Assembly (NCBI GenBank): GCA_963664115.2 | Contig: CAXWPJ010000010.1 | Coordinates: 96,001-160,000 of the forward strand | Direction of reading: 5' to 3' | Source: Terriglobia bacterium | Lineage (GTDB): Bacteria; Acidobacteriota; Terriglobia; 20CM-2-55-15 | DNA: 64,000 bases | Part shown: piece after piece, positions 59,958 through 64,000 of the stretch | How the letters are laid out: each line of letters opens with the position of its first letter | How positions within the stretch are numbered: position 1 is the stretch's first letter | Position numbers and translations under genes: made by a program | Notes under the pieces: model-generated | Told to the model about the DNA's origin: nothing | Seen by the model: the letters and a program-made list of their open reading frames with translations, nothing else | Databases searched by the model: none

Positions 59958-60047
59958 TCATGCTTCGTGGACTGCGTAGGCTTCCTGGGAGGGTTCGTCG
60001 AGCAGAGCTTTCACGTGGAGATTAGGACCAGCACGTCTATTCGTCAT
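59958..60047 (-). CDS. Possible 29-aa upstream peptide
   Basis: GAGGTG RBS and ATG at 60047; its TGA immediately precedes the in-frame ATG of the next gene. Confidence 0.35.
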   Translation of the reverse strand: MTNRRAGPNLHVKALLDEPSQEAYAVHEA

Positions 60048-60089
60048 AGTGCTCACCTCAAACAATTCCCCACAGTCGTGTCCCCGAAA

Positions 60090-60163
60090 TGGGCCCAGTA
60101 GGACTCGAACCTACGACAACCCGGTTATGAGCCGGGGGCTCTAACCGACTGAGCTATGGGCCC
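60090..60163 (-). tRNA. tRNA with CAT anticodon, most likely tRNA-Ile2 (lysidine)
   Basis: GGGCCCATAGCTCAGTCGGTTAGAGCCCCCGGCTCATAACCGGG...GGTTCGAGTCCTACTGGGCCCA. Cloverleaf fold, no encoded CCA, downstream of rpoD. Confidence 0.92.
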
Positions 60164-60250
60164 GTGTACGCGGATTACACAGATTGATCGCCTCGCAATC
60201 CGTGTCAACATTCCATGTAATCCGCACAAACAATCTGACTAGTCCGCATT

Positions 60251-61945
60251 TTAGTCGCGTCCGGTACCATCGAGGAAGGCTCGCAGCCTCCGACTCCGGC
60301 TGGGATGCCGCAACTTTCTGAGCGCCTTGGCTTCGATCTGCCGAATCCGCTCGCGTGTCACGGCGAAGTTCTGTCCCACTTCTTCCAAGGTGTGCTCGGT
60401 ACCGTCTTCCAGCCCGAACCGCATCTTGATCACCCGCTCTTCGCGCGGCGTGAGCGTGTTCAGAACCTGTTCGGTCATTTCCTTCAGGTTGACGTTGATG
60501 ACGGCGTCGGATGGAGACACGACACCCCGGTCCTCGATGAAGTCACCTAAATGCGAATCTTCCTCTTCGCCGATTGGCGTCTCCAGGGAAATCGGTTCCT
60601 GGGCGATCTTTCGAACCTTCCGCACCTTGGATACGTCGATGTCCATCCGCTCGGCGATCTCTTCACTGGTCGGTTCCCTTCCCAGTTCCTGGACCAGCGC
60701 ACGCGACGTCCGAATCAACTTGTTAATGGTCTCGATCATATGGACCGGAATCCGGATCGTTCTCGCCTGATCGGCAATGGCGCGGGTGATCGCCTGCCGG
60801 ATCCACCACGTTGCATACGTCGAAAACTTATAGCCTCGCCGGTACTCGAACTTATCGACGGCTTTCATCAAACCGATGTTGCCTTCCTGAATCAGGTCCA
60901 GAAACTGTAAACCACGATTCGTGTACTTCTTGGCAATGGATACGACCAGCCTCAGATTGGCTTCGACGAGTTCCCGCTTTGCATTCTCCGCCTCGATCTG
61001 GCCGCGAACAACGGTCTGCAGGGTCCGCCGCACCTCCAGGACCGTCGTTTTGTTTTCTTCCTCGAAGGCTTTAAGTTTCTGCTTTACCGCACGGATTTCC
61101 TTCTGGACGTTCTTACGATAGTCCTTCTTCGTATGATCGGCCTTCCGTTGCAACCGGGCCAGCTCGCGTTCGAGCGGCCGGACTGTACCGACAGCTTCAC
61201 GTATGAGGACAATCAAGGTTATCTTCTGATTTATCGAATAGGCCAAGCTCCGAACAAGAACGGACAACTTCACCCGATGCCGTCCGAGTTTCCACCGGGC
61301 CTTCCTGTGTTCTTTCGGCTTTCGCGATTTTGGAATGGAACCCAGCGTGTTCGTCCGACGATATCCCTTGCCGATCTTGACAATGGTTTCGACCGTTTCA
61401 GCGTGCTTCGCTTCTATTCTTTCCTCGGTAAGATCGTCCTCTTTGAACAGAATGATATCTTTGATGATGCTGGGGTCCTTCTTGAGCTCATCGCCCACGC
61501 TCATGATGTGTCGAATGACAATCGGTGAGCGCGACACAGCCTGGAGTACCCTCAACTGTCCCCGCTCTATCCTCTTCGCGATCTCCACTTCTCCGTCACG
61601 CGTCAGCAACGGCACCGTACCCATTTCCCGGAGATACATTCGAACCGGATCGTTGGTTTTCTCCAGGGCGCCTGGAGTCAGATCCAGTTCGACGGTGGCG
61701 GGTTTAGCCGCACCCTCCGCCTTCTTGTCGCGGGCGCTCTTGTCTGTAGCGAAAGACTGGTCTTCGGTCTCGACGACTTCGATTCCGACGTTACTGAAGG
61801 CAACGAACAGTTCCTCCAGGTCCTCGGCGGACGCGGTGACCTCAGGAGGAAGCATCCTGCTGACTTCGTCATAGAGCAGGTACCCCTTCTCCTTGCCCAT
61901 GTCGATCAGCTTTTGTACTTCGTCGTACTTTTCTCCGATTTTCAT
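60251..61945 (-). CDS. rpoD: RNA polymerase primary sigma factor
   Basis: Region 1.1, [36 protein letters not shown] and TRERIRQIE. Confidence 0.98.
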   Translation of the reverse strand: MKIGEKYDEVQKLIDMGKEKGYLLYDEVSRMLPPEVTASAEDLEELFVAFSNVGIEVVETEDQSFATDKSARDKKAEGAAKPATVELDLTPGALEKTNDPVRMYLREMGTVPLLTRDGEVEIAKRIERGQLRVLQAVSRSPIVIRHIMSVGDELKKDPSIIKDIILFKEDDLTEERIEAKHAETVETIVKIGKGYRRTNTLGSIPKSRKPKEHRKARWKLGRHRVKLSVLVRSLAYSINQKITLIVLIREAVGTVRPLERELARLQRKADHTKKDYRKNVQKEIRAVKQKLKAFEEENKTTVLEVRRTLQTVVRGQIEAENAKRELVEANLRLVVSIAKKYTNRGLQFLDLIQEGNIGLMKAVDKFEYRRGYKFSTYATWWIRQAITRAIADQARTIRIPVHMIETINKLIRTSRALVQELGREPTSEEIAERMDIDVSKVRKVRKIAQEPISLETPIGEEEDSHLGDFIEDRGVVSPSDAVINVNLKEMTEQVLNTLTPREERVIKMRFGLEDGTEHTLEEVGQNFAVTRERIRQIEAKALRKLRHPSRSRRLRAFLDGTGRD

Positions 61946-62122
61946 GATCCTCCAGGTACTAATCGTCTAATTTATGAAGCATTTATGCGTGATCGCCGCA
62001 CTCGGGAGAAAGCCTGGTTCCATGGTGAGTCACTTGGGCGCATTTCAACAAGTATTCAAAAATAGGCGCTGACGATTCATTTTCAAGAGTTTAAGTGCAA
62101 TTATTCTTTAATTCCGACGAAT

Positions 62123-63829
62123 TTATTGCTGCATGGCCTTGAGGCGTGATTTCTCCGTGACAATCGCCATTTGCCGCCGCACCAGCTCGGGTGGTGCCGC
62201 TCCAGACTTGTAAGCTTCCAGTTGCTCGCGAATCTCTCTCTCTGTTTTGACGAGATGATCTTGATAGAGTTGCCCCATCGAGACAACAGCGACTTCCGAG
62301 GAGATCTTTCCAAACGGCTCCATAGCAGCGGCCCGAACTTCCTGTTCGAGCTCCGCATCATCCAATCCATCAATAACCTGCTCAATATTCACACCGGGCG
62401 TCCGGATCAGCTTTTCGATGATGCGCCCCGCCCAAATACCCGAAAGAAACTCACCCCCCGCAAAGGGCTCAAGTGAGGCGGCAACCCCCGGATCCTGGAG
62501 CACAGCCTGAATGATCTGCTTTTCGGCCAGTGTCAGCTGCTGTTTCCGGGTGCTCGTTGCCTTCGGCGCGGTCGGCTTCCTTCCGGCCCTGAGCTGATCA
62601 ATGATCAGGTCTGCCGGCAGGCCAAGCTTCTCGCTGACGGTACGTGTAATCTCGAGTTGAACGACGCGGTCAGAAATCGTCCTCACGTAGCCAAGAATCT
62701 CGCTAAGTACCTGAGATTTCACCTCTGGTCGGGAAAGATCTGCTTCAGCCTGGGCCCGGGCTATCAGGTATTCCCAAAAATATGGCGCCTGATCCAGTTG
62801 GCGACGATAGGCTTCGGGACCTTCCTTGCGGACAAAGTCATCGGGATCCATCCCCCCCGGCAGGGTGAGTATCCGAACCGTCAAGCCCCGTTCCAGCAGG
62901 AGCTGGATAGACCTCTTGGCCGCGTTCTGGCCCGCGGCGTCAGGGTCGTAGTTGACGATCACCTCCGAAACGTAGCGCGTCAATATCCCAACCTGCTGAG
63001 CGGTCAGACTCGTTCCGCAGGATGCGACTACATTTTCTATCCCGTTTTGATGCAGGCTCAGGCAGTCGAAATAACCTTCAACGACCACCATCCGGCCCGC
63101 TTTCCGTGCTTCGTTCTTGGCCAGATGCAGGCCGTATAGGACGAACGACTTCGAGTAGAGGGGAGATTCAGGCGAATTCAGATATTTTGGCTGTCCGTCT
63201 CCGATAATTCGCCCACCAAAAGCGATCACCTTGCCTCGCTCGTTCCAGATAGGAAACATCAGGCGCCGGCGAAACCGATCGTAAACCTCGCCACTGTCGT
63301 TGCTCTGAAAGAGGCCGGAACGCAATGGGTCCTTCGGATTCAGAGTCTTCAACAAGCCGTGCGTCGGTGCATAACCCAAAGCGAAACGCTCGATGAACTC
63401 GGGCTGAATGTCGCGATCCTTGAGAATCTGGCGGGCGCCTCGCGCCTCAGTGGTGCTCAGGCGGTCGGCGAAATACCCCCCGGCCCGAGCGTAAATCTCC
63501 AAGAGGCCTTCACGCTCTTTAGCTGAAGGATCATTGTGTGTGGAAACCTTAGGCAGGGGTATGCCGCACTTTTCGGCGACAATTCGGATAGATTCCGGGA
63601 AGGTGACTCCCTCGGTCAACATTACGAATTTAAAGACGTCTCCCCCGACACCACACCCAAAACAATGGAAGATTTGCTTTTCTCCATGAACGGAAAAGGA
63701 AGGCGTTTTCTCGGAATGAAAGGGACAAAGTCCTTTCAATGCCTTACCCGTCCCCTTCAGCGTCACGTAATCAGAAATCACGCGCACGATATCGGCGGAC
63801 ATGCGGATCGATTCAGCTAAATTGCTCAT
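62123..63829 (-). CDS. dnaG: DNA primase
   Basis: CPFHSEKTPSF, CFGC, FGGR, KYLNSPE, VEGYFD, YDPDAAG and DPD motifs. Confidence 0.98.
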   Translation of the reverse strand: MSNLAESIRMSADIVRVISDYVTLKGTGKALKGLCPFHSEKTPSFSVHGEKQIFHCFGCGVGGDVFKFVMLTEGVTFPESIRIVAEKCGIPLPKVSTHNDPSAKEREGLLEIYARAGGYFADRLSTTEARGARQILKDRDIQPEFIERFALGYAPTHGLLKTLNPKDPLRSGLFQSNDSGEVYDRFRRRLMFPIWNERGKVIAFGGRIIGDGQPKYLNSPESPLYSKSFVLYGLHLAKNEARKAGRMVVVEGYFDCLSLHQNGIENVVASCGTSLTAQQVGILTRYVSEVIVNYDPDAAGQNAAKRSIQLLLERGLTVRILTLPGGMDPDDFVRKEGPEAYRRQLDQAPYFWEYLIARAQAEADLSRPEVKSQVLSEILGYVRTISDRVVQLEITRTVSEKLGLPADLIIDQLRAGRKPTAPKATSTRKQQLTLAEKQIIQAVLQDPGVAASLEPFAGGEFLSGIWAGRIIEKLIRTPGVNIEQVIDGLDDAELEQEVRAAAMEPFGKISSEVAVVSMGQLYQDHLVKTEREIREQLEAYKSGAAPPELVRRQMAIVTEKSRLKAMQQ

Positions 63830-64000
63830 TTAGGGTGGCGGGCCGTCCGAAGCTTACGAGAAACAAACAATTTTACTATCGTCGGAGAAAATAGCAACAT
63901 TAGTGTCCTCTCCGCGTGGGACGAGTGAGGACACTGCGGGGTAAGTCATTAAGAGCTGGGAATACACCTGGCGGGTTTTGACCCTTAACCTACAACTTCT

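Noticed and set aside
59955-59960. Selenocysteine read-through at the in-frame TGA
   Set aside because: No redox Cys context and no evident SECIS; the downstream protein has a normal N-terminus.
60050-60250. Integrated element at the tRNA
   Set aside because: No integrase and no duplicated tRNA 3' end was seen; the flanks are housekeeping genes.

Overview
Bacterial chromosomal window of moderately high GC, probably Acidobacteriota. This is an inference from the Oar-like TonB receptor, the short PheT lacking the OB-fold and the gene order. The first ~36 kb are accessory. They hold the end of a cobalamin operon (cobS-cobC), three IS elements (IS630, frameshifted IS701, IS1182-like) and a heavy-metal RND efflux operon. 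That operon is preceded by a His-rich leader ORF ending in RPPP and is interrupted by a 111-bp tandem array. Also present are a Tat flavoprotein/Ig-like/di-heme cytochrome module, an uncharacterised pair of secreted proteins, oadGAB, a TonB-dependent receptor and a frameshifted SoxA-like cytochrome. The last ~28 kb are housekeeping: thrS, ogt, infC-rpmI-rplT-pheST-zapB/A-6S RNA-ymdB, ffh-rpsP-khpA-rimM-trmD-rplS, a vapBC pair, pyrDF/pyrRBC, leuS, a CAT tRNA, rpoD and dnaG. Several families of inverted-repeat (MITE/REP-like) elements are scattered in intergenic regions. There is no CRISPR array or prophage. The best novelty candidates are the putative metal-sensing arrest-peptide leader of the efflux operon, the intra-operon tandem array, and the 142-bp dispersed inverted-repeat element family.
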